A model generated the notes under the pieces. That model searched no databases and had not been told where the DNA came from. It saw only the letters and a program-made list of their open reading frames with translations. The position numbers and the translations under genes are program-made. A stretch of 64,000 nt of DNA from Octopus vulgaris (taxonomy: Eukaryota), in NCBI GenBank assembly GCA_951406725.2, contig OX597821.1, positions 34,224,001 through 34,288,000 of the forward strand. The letters run 5' to 3'. Shown here piece after piece: positions 1 through 12,636 of the stretch; the stretch's first letter is position 1, and every line of letters begins with the position of its first letter.

Positions 1-87
1 CTTGCCCAAGGTGCCACGCAGTGGGACTGAACCCGGAACCATGTGGTTCGTAAGCAATCTACTTACCACACAGCCACTCCTACGCCT
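1..87 (-). mobile_element. SINE family A, 5' tRNA-derived head (cut by window edge)
   Basis: Reverse complement of AGGCGTAGGAGTGGCTGTGTGGTAAG...GGTTCAGTCCCACTGCGTGGCACCTTGGGCAAG, nearly identical to heads at 14302, 23364 and 60824; A-box/B-box-like motifs. Confidence 0.85.
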
Positions 88-331
88 ACGTATGTAAATC
101 AATATGTATTATATAGTATTATGTCTACTGAAAGATGATCTAGGAAGATTCAAGAAAGTAATTCTTATGATTTTATTTACCCAGATTCCTCTGTGGTTTA
201 TTTGATTTACTTCTTTGCAACATTTCTATAGAATTTCAACCATAATATACACATCCCAGCAATGATGCACAGATCATGGTTATGCCATTCAAATATTCTT
301 CTTCTTTGAATCCAGTATCTTATTACTCTAT

Positions 332-556
332 ATTTCTTTACTGCCCACAAGGGGCTAAACACAGAGGGGGCAAACAAGGACAGACAAAGGAATTAAGTTG
401 ATTATATCGACCCCAGTGCGTAACTGGTACTTATTTAATCGACCCCAAAAGGATGAAAGGCAAAGTCGACCTCGGCGGAATTTGAACTCGGAACGTAACG
501 ACAGATGAAGTACAGCTACACATTTCGCCCGGCGTGCTAACGTTTCTGCCAGCTCA
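332..556 (-). mobile_element. SINE family B (tRNA-derived, Meta/MESC-like central domain)
   Basis: Matches copies at 39047 and 50460; central GCCTTTCATCCTTTTGGGGTCGATTAAATAAGTACCAG resembles the MetaSINE domain; flanked by direct repeat TATCTTATTACT (TSD). Confidence 0.85.
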
Positions 557-934
557 TCTATCTTATTACTATAGACTTTGCATTGACCTGGAATAAACAG
601 AAATCAAAGTGCCAAACATAAGTATGCAGGTGGTGAAAAATTAATTGCTGAAACTGAACATTTTGTTAGTATAAGATAAAAAAATAAAATACACAATGAA
701 AAACACGAGTAAATGTAGAATTGAGCAAGGGAGACAATCCAGCAAATGCTACTTAGCTTCATTCTGCTTTAATCAGTTGTAGTAAATGGGTGAAATAATA
801 TGCTAGCTTATTCTCTTTCTCGCTTTCTCTATGAGTATGTATGTGAGTGCATATATACATACATATATATTTATGTGTATGCATATACATAGAGATTTCT
901 CTGAACACTTACCAGTTTGCTCACAGTTAGATAA

Positions 935-970
935 TACTAATAATAATAATCCTTATTATTATTATTGTTG

Positions 971-1052
<82 letters not shown>

Positions 1053-1225
1053 CATTATTATTATTATTATTATTATACATATATACATACATACATACAC
1101 ACACACATATTTACACATACTTATATATGTATATGCTGTGCATACACACACACGTACACACACACATATATATATAAGCATACATATAAAGACATATATA
1201 TGCACATGCACACATACATGCACAA

Positions 1226-1264
<39 letters not shown>

Positions 1265-1450
1265 TGCACACATATGCACATCCACACACGCATGCACAAA
1301 CATGTGTACGTATACATATACATGATATACATATGTATATATATATATATGATATGTGCATGTGTGGGTGTATGCATGAGGTGAGAGAAAGAGAGGAGGA
1401 AAGAGAGAGAAGAGAAAGAGAAAGAAGAGAAAGAGAGAGAGAGGGAGTGA
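935..1450. repeat. Compound microsatellite (TAT)n + (TA/CA)n + (GA)n
   Basis: Direct reading; explains the poly-Y/L/I ORFs here. Confidence 0.95.
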
Positions 1451-1872
1451 GAGACTTTGACAAATACCTCCCATAGCATTGGAAAGATCACTGATTGACT
1501 GGATCAATATTTAACTATTTAACTGGAACAATCCACCCACCCCCACAACACTCACTTGCTCTTCCCCCTATTTCCCTTCTTCTGGTGTAACCTACTAATA
1601 GACACTCTTGATCTTTATAACAATTTGCTCTTTGATATTTTTGACTCTTTTGTCTTTCCATTCCTATTTCAAGATGCAAGAATGAAATCAATTCTTATTA
1701 ATTTACCAGGAACTCCCACATAGTCTCCATATTTTCCCACTTTAATTTTAACCTACTGACAGACACCTGATCTCATTTCTTTCTGTTATAAATATACTCA
1801 GGATGGTGCCCCAGCATGGCCATAGTCTAAAGACTGAAACAAGTAAAACAATAGAAGAAGAAATATATATAC

Positions 1873-1961
<89 letters not shown>

Positions 1962-1965
<4 letters not shown>

Positions 1966-2265
1966 GAGGCGCAATGGCCTAGTGGTTAGGGCAGCGGACT
2001 CGCGGTCGTAGGATTGCGGTTACGATTCCCAGACCGGGCGTTGTGTGTGTTTATTGAGCGAAAACACCTAAAAGCTCCACGAAGCTCCGGTAGGGGGTGG
2101 TGATCCCTGCTGTACTCCTTCACCACTCTTTCTCTCACTCTTTCTTCTGTTGGCCTGCTCGCTTAGCCAGCGGAGTGGTGTCATTCGAAGGCTAAAACAA
2201 TGCGAACGCATTGTGACCAGCAATGTGTAACAACATCTGATGGTCTGGTCGGTCATGTGATCACA

Positions 2266-2268
<3 letters not shown>
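1962..2268 (+). mobile_element. SINE family C (tRNA-derived, OR-like head), tail type Z
   Basis: Head GTGGAGGCGCAATGGCCTAGTGGTTAGGGCAGCGGACTCGCGG...CGATTCCCAGACCGGGCG shared with 18531; flanked by (TA)n on both sides; a tail fragment recurs at about 9629-9685. Confidence 0.85.
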
Positions 2269-2319
<51 letters not shown>

Positions 2320-2641
2320 GAAATATGTTAGAAAAGAAAATATAAAATACACGTGGAAATGTAAGGGTAAAATATGAAAAATCAACGAAAATGCATATTG
2401 CAAATAGAAAAAGGCTCTTTATGACAGGTAGTGACAGACATATACATTTAGATTGACTGAGGTTGTAATACGAGTCATGAAGGTCATTATTATGAAATGA
2501 TTATAAGATGATAATAAATAACTACATCTTTCACTTCTTCACATTTCCTCTTCATAAATTATGATTGTTTTCCAATCTTCTTTCTTGATCCTCACTGCCC
2601 TGCTGCTCCTCACACCCCAACTCCCACATCCACCATGTGTG

Positions 2642-2704
<63 letters not shown>

Positions 2705-2850
2705 TCATCGTTATCTTTTAATGTCTGTTTTCCATGCTGGCATGGGTTGGTGGGTTGGACAGTTTGACCAGAGCTGGCATGCCAAGGAGCTCTACCAGAT
2801 TCCAATCTGATTTGGTTTGGTTTCTACAGCTGGATATCCTTCCTAATGCT
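2705..2850 (-). mobile_element. Family D retroelement 3' end
   Basis: Reverse complement of AGGAAGGATATCCAGCTGTAGAAA...CCATGCCAGCATGGAAA plus (GAT)n tail. Confidence 0.75.
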
Positions 2851-3004
2851 AAGGATGTGTGTGTGTGCGTACGTGTGTGCATGCAGGCATGTGTGTGTAG
2901 CAATAATGAAGCTAAATCAAATAATGATTTTTTGAAATCTTTAAATATGCACATTTCAGGCTTATGTAATGTCCAATGTGAAATTTATCTGTTATGTAGT
3001 AAAC

Positions 3005-3366
3005 CAGGCCTATCCAGCTCGAGTTACATTGCGGCCACTTTAATTACAGAAAGTTTTTTGAGGGTCACTTATATACTGACAAAATTGAAAGCATTTTGCT
3101 TTCTCCTGCTATTATTACAATAATGAATGAATGATCATTGCTATTATTACAATAATAAATGAATGATCATTGATTCAGCATGAAATATTATTGTTGTAAA
3201 AATGATAATATCTTCCTTTTTTACTTTCCATTGCAATCTTCAATTTTTGATAAAATTTTTAAAATGTTTGTTAAAATAAACCCATTTCAAGAAAGTATCA
3301 AGTGGGCCACATGATACAAGTCTGTGGGCCGCATGTGGCCTGTGGGCCTTGGGTTGGCCAACCCTG
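3005..3366. mobile_element. Old hAT (Charlie-like) MITE
   Basis: CAGG...CCCTG termini, GGGCCGCATGTGGCC subterminal motif; imperfect 8-bp TSD TAGTAAAC/ATGTAAAC with central TA. Confidence 0.5.
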
Positions 3367-3449
3367 ATGTAAACCTTTCTCAGTTCAAGCATTTCAAAAA
3401 TATGGATTGCTGTAATTGAAGAAGATTTATGTGGTGTCTTTTTTATTAT

Positions 3450-3751
3450 TGTTTGTTCCTTCTCGAGCCATGCGTGGCTCATAAGGGCCGGTTTACCAGT
3501 TTTTTGGCATATAGGTTCCCCACCTGGACGGGACACCGGCCTATCGCAGGTGAGCTGCAAGATTCAGGAGGAAAGAGTGAGAGAAAGTTGTGGCAAAAGA
3601 GTCAGCTGAAGTTCGCCATTACCTTCTGCCAGAGCTGCGTGGAGCTTAGGTGTTTTGCCCATAAACACACACATCGCCCGGTCTGAGATTCGAACCCACG
3701 ATCGCTCGACCATGAGTCCGCTGCTCTAACCACTGGGCCACGTGCCTCCAC
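3450..3751 (-). mobile_element. SINE family C, tail type Y
   Basis: Reverse complement of the copy at 13538-13846; a second C head fragment follows at 3758-3920. Confidence 0.85.
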
Positions 3752-4127
3752 CTTTTTTGAGAGAAAGTTGGAGCAAAAGAGTACAACAGGGGTCTGCCGG
3801 AGCCTTGTGGAGCTTTAGGTGCTTGCGCTCAATAAACACACACAACGCCCAGTCTGGGAATCGAAACCACAATCCTGACTGCGAGTCCACTGCCCTAACC
3901 ACTGGGCCATTGCACCTCCATTTATGTGATGGATAAATCCCCTGTTATATATTACGCAGATATTGAAATGTAAATATTTCAAAATATCGCAGTTTGGTTA
4001 GACTTCACTATTACAACTTATATGACTTGATGCCACTACAAACTAACTGGTCCAGACTCCATTTATGCAGCTTCTCTAACAATGATTTGGAATAATCTCT
4101 TATATTTGACTTGAGTCGAAATCTGCT

Positions 4128-4330
4128 TTTATTCTTTTATTCTTTTACTTGTTTCACTCATTTGACTGCAGCCATGCTGGAGCACAACCTTACTGAGTCT
4201 TTTAGTCAAAGAAATCACCCCAAGGATTTATACTTTGTAAGCCTAGTACTAATTCTATCAGTCTCTTTTACACACCAACATCAGTTGTCTACGAATGGTA
4301 GGGAGACAAACACAGACACAAAGATGCACA
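4128..4330 (-). mobile_element. SINE family A 3' half
   Basis: TTTTACTTGTTTCACTCATTTGACTGCAGCCATGCTGGAGCAC tail signature. Confidence 0.75.
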
Positions 4331-4334
4331 CACA

Positions 4335-4625
<291 letters not shown>

Positions 4626-4629
4626 AAAT

Positions 4630-5043
4630 GTTTGTGTCTCTCTCTTGACATTGCATGATAGTTGCTGTAAAATGATGGTCCTTGTCATACATGCGGTGTG
4701 ATTTATTTCCATTAATCTGTAAGAATGTATCTGGCCATGGGGGCATATTACCTTGCCCGGGAACAAGGTGAAGATTGGCAACAGGAAGGGCATCTGGGCA
4801 TAGGAAAATCTGCCTCAATCAACTCAGTCTGACCCATGCAAGCCTGGGAAAGTGGATGTTAAAATGATGATGATGATGGTGGTGAGGTGGTGGGATGATG
4901 ATGATGATGATGATGAAGAAGGTGGTGGTGGTGATGATGATAGTGGTGGTGGTGGTGATGATGATGATGATGGTGGTTATGAGGATGATGATGATGACAA
5001 TGATGATGCCGACGCCAATGACGACGACAATGACGATGATGGT
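4630..5043 (+). mobile_element. Diverged SINE 3' part with D-like tail, followed by expanded (GAT/GGT)n
   Basis: CTTGACATTG...ATATTACCT...AGGAAGGGCATC...AAAGTGGATGTTAAAATGATG also found at 16305-16565. Confidence 0.6.
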
Positions 5044-5959
5044 TAGAGACTTGGGCTTGCCAATGGCTTAGTGTGGTGGTTGCATGGATGGCAGGGAGGA
5101 ACAGCTATTGTTTAGATAACATAATACCCAGAACTGCTCCAGTTCCATCTTTGCTTCTCCGTGTTTCTGAAAGGAACGGCTCTGCTAACAATATCAGGAA
5201 AAATCTAAGAAGAAATATTTACATATTTTTGTATCAATAATTTATGCATCTATACTTTTACATGCATACTGAATGCATGCCTTGCTTGTACATCCTCTCC
5301 TCTATATAATGCTTTCCAAAAACTTTTATACAATGAAATACCGAAGGCTCTGCATCACTGCAGTAGAATACAATATACTGAGATATATTTCTTGATAATA
5401 CAAACTACACTCCTGTCATTGTTGAAGTACTTTAATGTGGAATTAGGTCAGTGGAATTTCAAAGGTATTGTTCGTATACTCTTATTATTAAGTGGGAGAA
5501 TTCAGTGTTACATTTAGGCTCGTCCAACCAAATGAATCGAGATTTGCCAACCTCCACATACCTAATACATGGAAGTGCTTGAGTGCTCTACCATCTCAGC
5601 TACAAAACAGAATATGTTGACATACATTTCTAAATTATATACAATGTATATATCTATATATGTATTTATGTGTGTATAAACATATATATATTATAGATGT
5701 ATGCACACACACACACACATACACACACATACACACATATATAAGGTGAAGGTTAAACGATGATGCCAATGATGTTATATGTTTTATTGCTTATTTTATA
5801 TTTATTTCAGTCATTTTTGGTAGTGGCCATACTGTGGCACTACTATGAAGAGTTTTATTTGAACAAATTGACCTCAAGACTTACTTTTTATAACCTAGTA
5901 CTTGTACGTATTTTATTGCTCACTCTCTCTCTTTCTGTGTATATATATATATATACATA

Positions 5960-6189
5960 CTCTTTTCTACTCTAGGCACAAGGCCTGAAATTTTGGGGAA
6001 GGGGCCAATTACTGAGATCGATCTCAGTACGCAAATGGTACTTAATTTATTGAACCCAAAAGGATGAAAGGCAAAGTCAACCTCAGCAGAATTTGAACTC
6101 AGAACATAAAGACAGACAAAATACCACTAACCATCCACTAAGCATCCACTAAGCATTTCACCCGGCATGCTAACATTACCGCCAGCTCA
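5960..6189 (-). mobile_element. SINE family B (alternative tail subtype)
   Basis: Same head and Meta-like domain; tail AAATTTCAGGCCTTGTGCCTAGA shared with 29864-30070. Confidence 0.8.
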
Positions 6190-6190
6190 C

Positions 6191-6312
<122 letters not shown>

Positions 6313-6333
6313 TATATACATACATATATATAC

Positions 6334-6522
6334 ATTTATTATATAGAAGGAGCTTCTACAGGGCTAGTACTGTTTCATTCAAGAGAAATCTTCCTGAAGA
6401 TTTCTCTTGAATGAAACAGTACTAGCCCTGTAGAAGCTCCTTCTATATAATAAATTAATTTTACTCTGCTATGTATTGAGTACCTTACTTACTGTGGTTA
6501 ACCCCGAATCAACCCGGGACCT
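6334..6522 (+). mobile_element. Fold-back element, probable Penelope-like terminus
   Basis: Perfect 60-bp inverted repeat 6334-6393/6396-6455 plus a unique tail, embedded in (TA)n; CTGAAGA...GAAAC.GTA hammerhead-like core. Confidence 0.6.
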
Positions 6523-6580
6523 ACATATATATATATACATATATATATATACATATATATATATACATATATATATATAC

Positions 6581-6678
<98 letters not shown>

Positions 6679-6764
6679 TGAGTGAGAGAGAGATAGGTAG
6701 ATAGATATAGATACAGACATACGTGTGTGTGTATAAATATATATGTGTGTGTGTGTGTGTGCGT

Positions 6765-6981
6765 GTATATGTTTGTGTGTCTGTGATTGTCACCCCAACA
6801 TTGCTTGACAACCGATGCTGGTATGTTTACGTCCCCGTAACTTAGCGGTTTGGCAAAAGACACCAATAGAATAAGTACTAGGCTTACAAGGAATAAGTTC
6901 TGGGATCATTTTGCGCGACTAAAGGTGGTGCTCCAGCATGCCCGCAGTCAAATGACTGAAACACGTAAAAGAGTAAAAGAG
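6765..6981 (+). mobile_element. SINE family A 3' half
   Basis: CTTGACAACCGATGCTGG...GCTCCAGCATG...GTAAAAGAGTAAAAGAG. Confidence 0.85.
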
Positions 6982-7619
6982 TATATATATAAATACATAG
7001 ATATGCACATATTCTTGATCATGCACACACACACACATACATATATAGGAATAGGTGTTCTTGGTATTGTACAGTGAAACATTATTAACAATAGAAAAAT
7101 TAGTCAGAAGTTATTGTGTTATCTTTTCTTAATTTACTCATATATACATATATATTTTTTAATAATATATTATTATTGATATTAGGAAATCAATATCAAA
7201 ATTCCTCAGAAAGATATACACGTGTGAAAAATAATTGCTGTATTAAAATATATAAATAAATAAATATAAATATGTATAAAAATATATGTAAATATGTATA
7301 AGTATAAACATATAATGTATATGATAGTTTAAAAGTTTTGAATTAATTATTTAGGCATCTTACGATCGTTTCACAGAAGACTTGTCCCTATAATGAAATC
7401 CTATATTGATAAGCATTTATAGACAACGCTTTATATCTATATATATAGACAATGCTTTATATTTATATATAGGTATATAATATCAGGATTTACAAAGGAA
7501 GTGACTGAGTGTCAGTTGTAGCAGTTCTCCATCACTTCTCTCGGGAAATTCAGACAAATGTATGTTATGGAAATACGTTTGTTTTAAAGGAATAATTAAA
7601 ACTGTTTTTCTCAAATAAA

Positions 7620-8025
7620 GATTCAAACGAGGTCGTTGCCAGGGTCACCTGACTGGCCCCTGTGCAGGTGGAACGTAAAAAGCACCCACTACGCTCTCGG
7701 AGTGGTTGGCATTAGGAAGGGCATCCAGCTGTAGAAACTCTGCCAGATCAAGATTGGAGCCTGGTGCAGCTTCCTGGCTTGCCAAACATCAGTCAAAATC
7801 GTCCAACCCATGCTAGCATGGAAAGTGGACGTTAGACGATGATGATGATGATGATGATGTAAGGTGTTAGGAAGGGCATTGACATTAGGAAGGGCATTCA
7901 GATGTAGAAACTACACCAGATTAGACTCGAGTCTGATGCAAACTCCTCAGCTTACCAGCCCTGGTCAAACCGTCCAGTCCATGCCAGCATGGACAACTGG
8001 ACAATAAATGATGAAGATGAGGATG
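7620..8025 (+). mobile_element. Two tandem family D copies
   Basis: GCACCCACTACGCTCTCGGAGTGGTTGGCATTAGGAAGGGCATCCAGCTGTAGAAAC...CCATGCTAGCATGG...(GAT)n, then a second truncated copy. Confidence 0.85.
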
Positions 8026-8112
8026 AAAGGCACAAGGCATCTGACAGTTATGGTCTAATGCTGCTATACTAGGCATCCATCAGACTCAATTGATCCTGTG
8101 TTTGCATATATA

Positions 8113-8443
8113 TATTTCTTTACTACCCACAAGGGGCTAAACACAGAAGGGACAAACAACAACAGACAGATGGATTAAGTCGATTACATCGACCCCAGTG
8201 CTTAACTGGTACTTAATTTATCGACTCTGAAAGGATGAAAGGCAAAGTTGACCTCAGCGGAATTTGAACTCAGAACGTAACGGCAGATGAAATACCTATT
8301 TCTTTACTACCCACAAGGGGCTAAACACAGAGAGGACAAACAAGGACAGACAGACGGATTAAGTCAATTACATCGACCCCAGTTCTTAACTGGTACTTAA
8401 TTTATCGACCCCGAAAGGATGAAAGGCAAAGTTGACCTTGGCG
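8113..8443 (-). mobile_element. Family B SINE head-to-tail dimer
   Basis: Two truncated B copies bracketed by one 16-bp TSD TGTGTTTGCATATATA (8097-8112, 8444-8459). Confidence 0.85.
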
Positions 8444-9196
8444 TGTGTTTGCATATATAGACATATGCAGGCTTTGGCAAGAATGTTTGAGGCAGACTAG
8501 CAGTTGCCCATGCATACAAGTCACCCTTCTCAGTGCCATCGATCTATATCCGAGGGGGAAAAGCTGCTAGCTTGGGCCATTACAGCTCGGGCTGTACAGG
8601 AATATCTATGGTGAAGTTGCTAGAAAGCAAAGGGATGGAAGCAATGTCATAAAGAATCTTACCTGGCCCTCTGACAGTCACAGCAATCTGTTACTTTACA
8701 TTGGCACTTTTTTTATTGACACTGAAAGGATAAAAAAAGGTAAAATTAACCTTAGCAGGATTTGAACATAGAGCATACAGATCTGCAACAATCATCATGC
8801 TCTACCAACACTGCCAGTTTGCAGCTACTTTTCTTAGAATACCTGCAATATTGTAGGGCAGCATAACCTAGCATCAAGTACCATAATAGCAGGCAATGAA
8901 AGCATACTGGATTTTTCAATGTGCATGCATTCAATTAGAAAGCAGTTTGATATTTTAATTTTTCTGTAATTCCTTCTTTCTTTATTTCTTGCATTGTATT
9001 TTTTTTTGTCTTTTCATATTTCCAAATATAAAAAAAATAGTTCTATTTTATTATTATTAAAAAAAATTTTTTTTTGCTTTTAATAATTTGCTCTTTATCA
9101 ACATTCAAATTGAAATTAGCAGAGCTTGGTTACAATATGTACATGTATATATATATGCATATGTGATTAGATAACCATATATGTCTGTGTGTGTAT

Positions 9197-9234
<38 letters not shown>

Positions 9235-9556
9235 GTATAAATTCTCATGCATACATTCACATGCAAATGCATGTATGAATATATGTGTATATATGTGCAA
9301 ATATATATGTTTGATGGGCATAAATATATATATATATTATACTTGTTTATATCTTTGATATATGCACACATGCATATATAGAGATAGATACACATACACA
9401 CATATATATACATATATAGTTATATATGTGAGAGTGTGTATGTGTGTGTAGGTGTGTATGTATGCATGTCTGTATGCGTACATATATATATATATATATA
9501 CACACACATACATACATACATACATACATACATACATACATACATACATACATACA

Positions 9557-9592
<36 letters not shown>

Positions 9593-9694
9593 GATACACA
9601 CACACATGTGTGTATATATATATATATATTGGCCTGCTTGCCTAGCCAATAGGATGGCATCATTTGGAAGCTAAAACAATGCAAATGTTTAATA

Positions 9695-9980
9695 TATATA
9701 CACAGGATTTAAATTTAAACTGTTATTAGTTTCATGATGTGAAAACATGATAGTCAGACAAGCTTGAAAAGAGTGTCATGTTTCCAAGCAATCTTTCCAA
9801 CTCAAATATACAACAGGTCCTTTCTTGTTTCTTTGTTTTTTTTCTTAATATACAGCCATATTGTATATTTGAATTTGAAAATTTGCTTGGAAACATACAA
9901 TACTTTCTACAATCTTGTCAGACCATCATGTTTCCACAACATGAAACTAATAGTAGATTGAATTTAGATTCTGTGTGTAT
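9695..9980. repeat. Diverged long inverted repeat (about 115-bp arms), PLE-like
   Basis: 9701-9813 is an imperfect reverse complement of 9861-9975; GAAACTAATAGTA motif in the right arm. Confidence 0.6.
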
Positions 9981-10263
9981 TAAATGATATATTAGTAAAT
10001 GTTATGGTTTAAGCATAGTACTTATTCTATCGGTCTCTTTTTACAAACCATGAAGTTACAGAGATGCAAATAAACCAACACTGGTTGTCAAGTGGTGGTA
10101 GGTGACAAACACAAACAGAAAGATACACATCCGCACCAACACATATATATATATATATATATATGTGTATGTGTATGTATGTATATATATATATCTATAT
10201 ATATATATATACATACATACATACATACATACATATATTCATACATGTATGTATGTATGTATG

Positions 10264-10310
<47 letters not shown>

Positions 10311-10462
10311 ATCTATCTATCTATATAATATATACACACAAATATAAGAGAGGATATTTGTGTATTAATATTTACTGAATCTCAGTTTTTGTGCGCTGGA
10401 CCGCTTGGTGTTGAATTGGTGTTATTAAATTAATATCCAATTTTTCACCCTTATTTTTGAAT

Positions 10463-10511
<49 letters not shown>

Positions 10512-10512
10512 G

Positions 10513-10544
<32 letters not shown>

Positions 10545-10564
10545 AATATATATATGTATATACA

Positions 10565-11139
10565 CAGGATGTCTCAAAAGTCACTGATGGGTTTCAATTT
10601 TTAATAACGTCCTTAGCTTTACTTGCTGAGCACCACAGGGTAACATGGAAGGTCAGTTGACATTGCCGTGGTGGGAGATTATTCTCTCTCCAAAGCACTG
10701 CCATAGCAACTGCATTGTTTCTCTTGTGGTATGAGCAGTTGCCCCACCTTGCTGGAACCATATGTGAGGTCTAATTTGAATGGCCAGGCTCAAAAACATC
10801 TCCATCATGGACACTTGAAAGGGAGTTTACTTCAACAAGCCAGAGACCCTGGTGCAACCGAAGGAGAACATCAATAAAGAAATCAGAGAAGTGAGATCTG
10901 AAACTCTTGAGGGTGTTTTGGTGCAAGTTTTGGAAAGAGCATGGACATGCGAAGCCAAAAATGGCTGCCATTTAAGTGATGCCATTTTTCATACGTGATG
11001 TAGTGCTGTTGCAAAATTTGATTTGTGCATATTAATTTCCATTACGTTCTTTATAATGTATCAAAATTTCATGTATTTATTTGTAAAGTTAAGGGAGTTA
11101 CTAAAAATTGAAACCCCCCAGTGACTTTGGGACACCCTG
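10565..11139. mobile_element. Non-autonomous Tc1/mariner-superfamily element
   Basis: About 43-bp TIRs CAGGATGTCTCAAAAGTCACTG.../...CAGTGACTTTGGGACACCCTG; remnants HIWFQQGGA (minus strand, WFQQDGA-like) and CEAKNGCHLSDAIFHT* (plus strand). Confidence 0.8.
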
Positions 11140-11148
11140 CATATGTGC

Positions 11149-11199
<51 letters not shown>

Positions 11200-11271
11200 C
11201 ATATATATATTTATATACATATACATACACACACATACACACACACATACATATATATATAGGGAAAAAAA

Positions 11272-11626
11272 GGTCAAGGTAGAAAATGCTAAAATAATTC
11301 TATAAAAAACATTTCAGTACCAGTTTCAGTCATTGAGATTTTTTTCAACTGTAAGTATGGAAGACAATTAAATTTTGGAAAATTAAAAGAAAAGTTTTTT
11401 AAAAGAATATTTGCATAGTATTCAAATACAAAGGGCATTTTCCTTGTTTCTGCCTGTTTCTGTCTCTCTTGTTACAAGAGTAAAGAAGAGAGACAGAGGC
11501 AGGCAGAAACAAGGAAAATGCCACTTGTATTTGAACACTATGCAAATATTCTTTTAAAAAACTTTTCATTTGATTTTCCCAAAATTTAATTGTTTTCCAT
11601 ACTTACAGTTGAAAAAGTCTCAATGA
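11272..11626 (-). mobile_element. Fold-back element, probable Penelope-like terminus
   Basis: About 140-bp imperfect inverted arms 11330-11470/11486-11626; degenerate hammerhead on the minus strand at 11315-11351. Confidence 0.6.
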
Positions 11627-11649
11627 TAAATATATATATATATATATAT

Positions 11650-11819
11650 ATAATAATAAATATTAGGGAATAAATCCAAACTTACAGGGAAAAATCAGAT
11701 TTAGGATTGAATCCAATTTTATAGTAAAATATTATATTATATTAAATTAGAGACAAAACCACTATTAGGCAAATCAAACAATGTTTGATTTGCCTAATAG
11801 TGGTTTTGTCTCTAATTTA

Positions 11820-11829
<10 letters not shown>
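11650..11829. mobile_element. AT-rich fold-back element in (TA)n
   Basis: Perfect 48-bp inverted repeat 11733-11780/11782-11829; the same sequence blocks recur rearranged at 36135-36290. Confidence 0.65.
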
Positions 11830-11884
<55 letters not shown>

Positions 11885-12114
11885 ACAGTAGGCTAATAGG
11901 CTTTCACACAGCTTCTGCTAACAAATTTGGTTGCTTGGGTCTGTAACCAGGAAGTAGAATCACTAATGTTCCCTTCTAGGTGAAGTAACACTGAGGAATG
12001 ATTCCCTTTCCATCACATCTGTGAACTTGAAAACAAGCTTTTGATAGGATGTTAAGCTCTATAGTCAGGTTGTTGCTAAGAGAGCTGAGGAATGGGTTGT
12101 GAGTGCCATGTATG

Positions 12115-12325
12115 TGTATATGTTTGTGTGTCTGTGTTTGTCCCCCCAACATCGCTTGACAACCGATGCTGGTGTGTTTATGTCCCCATAACTTAGTGGT
12201 TCGTTAAAAGAGACTGATAGAATAAGTACTAGGCTTACAAAGAATAAGTCCTGGGGTCGATTTGCTCGACTAAAAGGTGGTGCTCCAGCATGGCCACAGT
12301 CAAATGACTGAAACAAGTAAAAGAG
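12115..12325 (+). mobile_element. SINE family A 3' half
   Basis: Near-identical to 14505-14712. Confidence 0.85.
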
Positions 12326-12636
12326 TATAGGAAAATAGCTAAATCATTCAAAGAGGATGAGGGAAAATTCCCTGTGTGGAATTGGGTTTTTAGTATTGGA
12401 TATTCTTTGCAGTTGACTTATATTGCAGTTTTAATTACCAATGATGAGATCATGAGAGTGCCATGGTGCTGGGTATTGGCCTCTTATAGAACAGCTTAAC
12501 ATTTTAAAAGTTGGATAAAACAACTTCATTATTTGACTGCTTCTGAAGTGTGAAAACACATTTATGGTTGGATATTGACTCCTTGAGATTATATATTACA
12601 ATAATTTCCACACTTCAGAAGTTTTTATAATTATCT

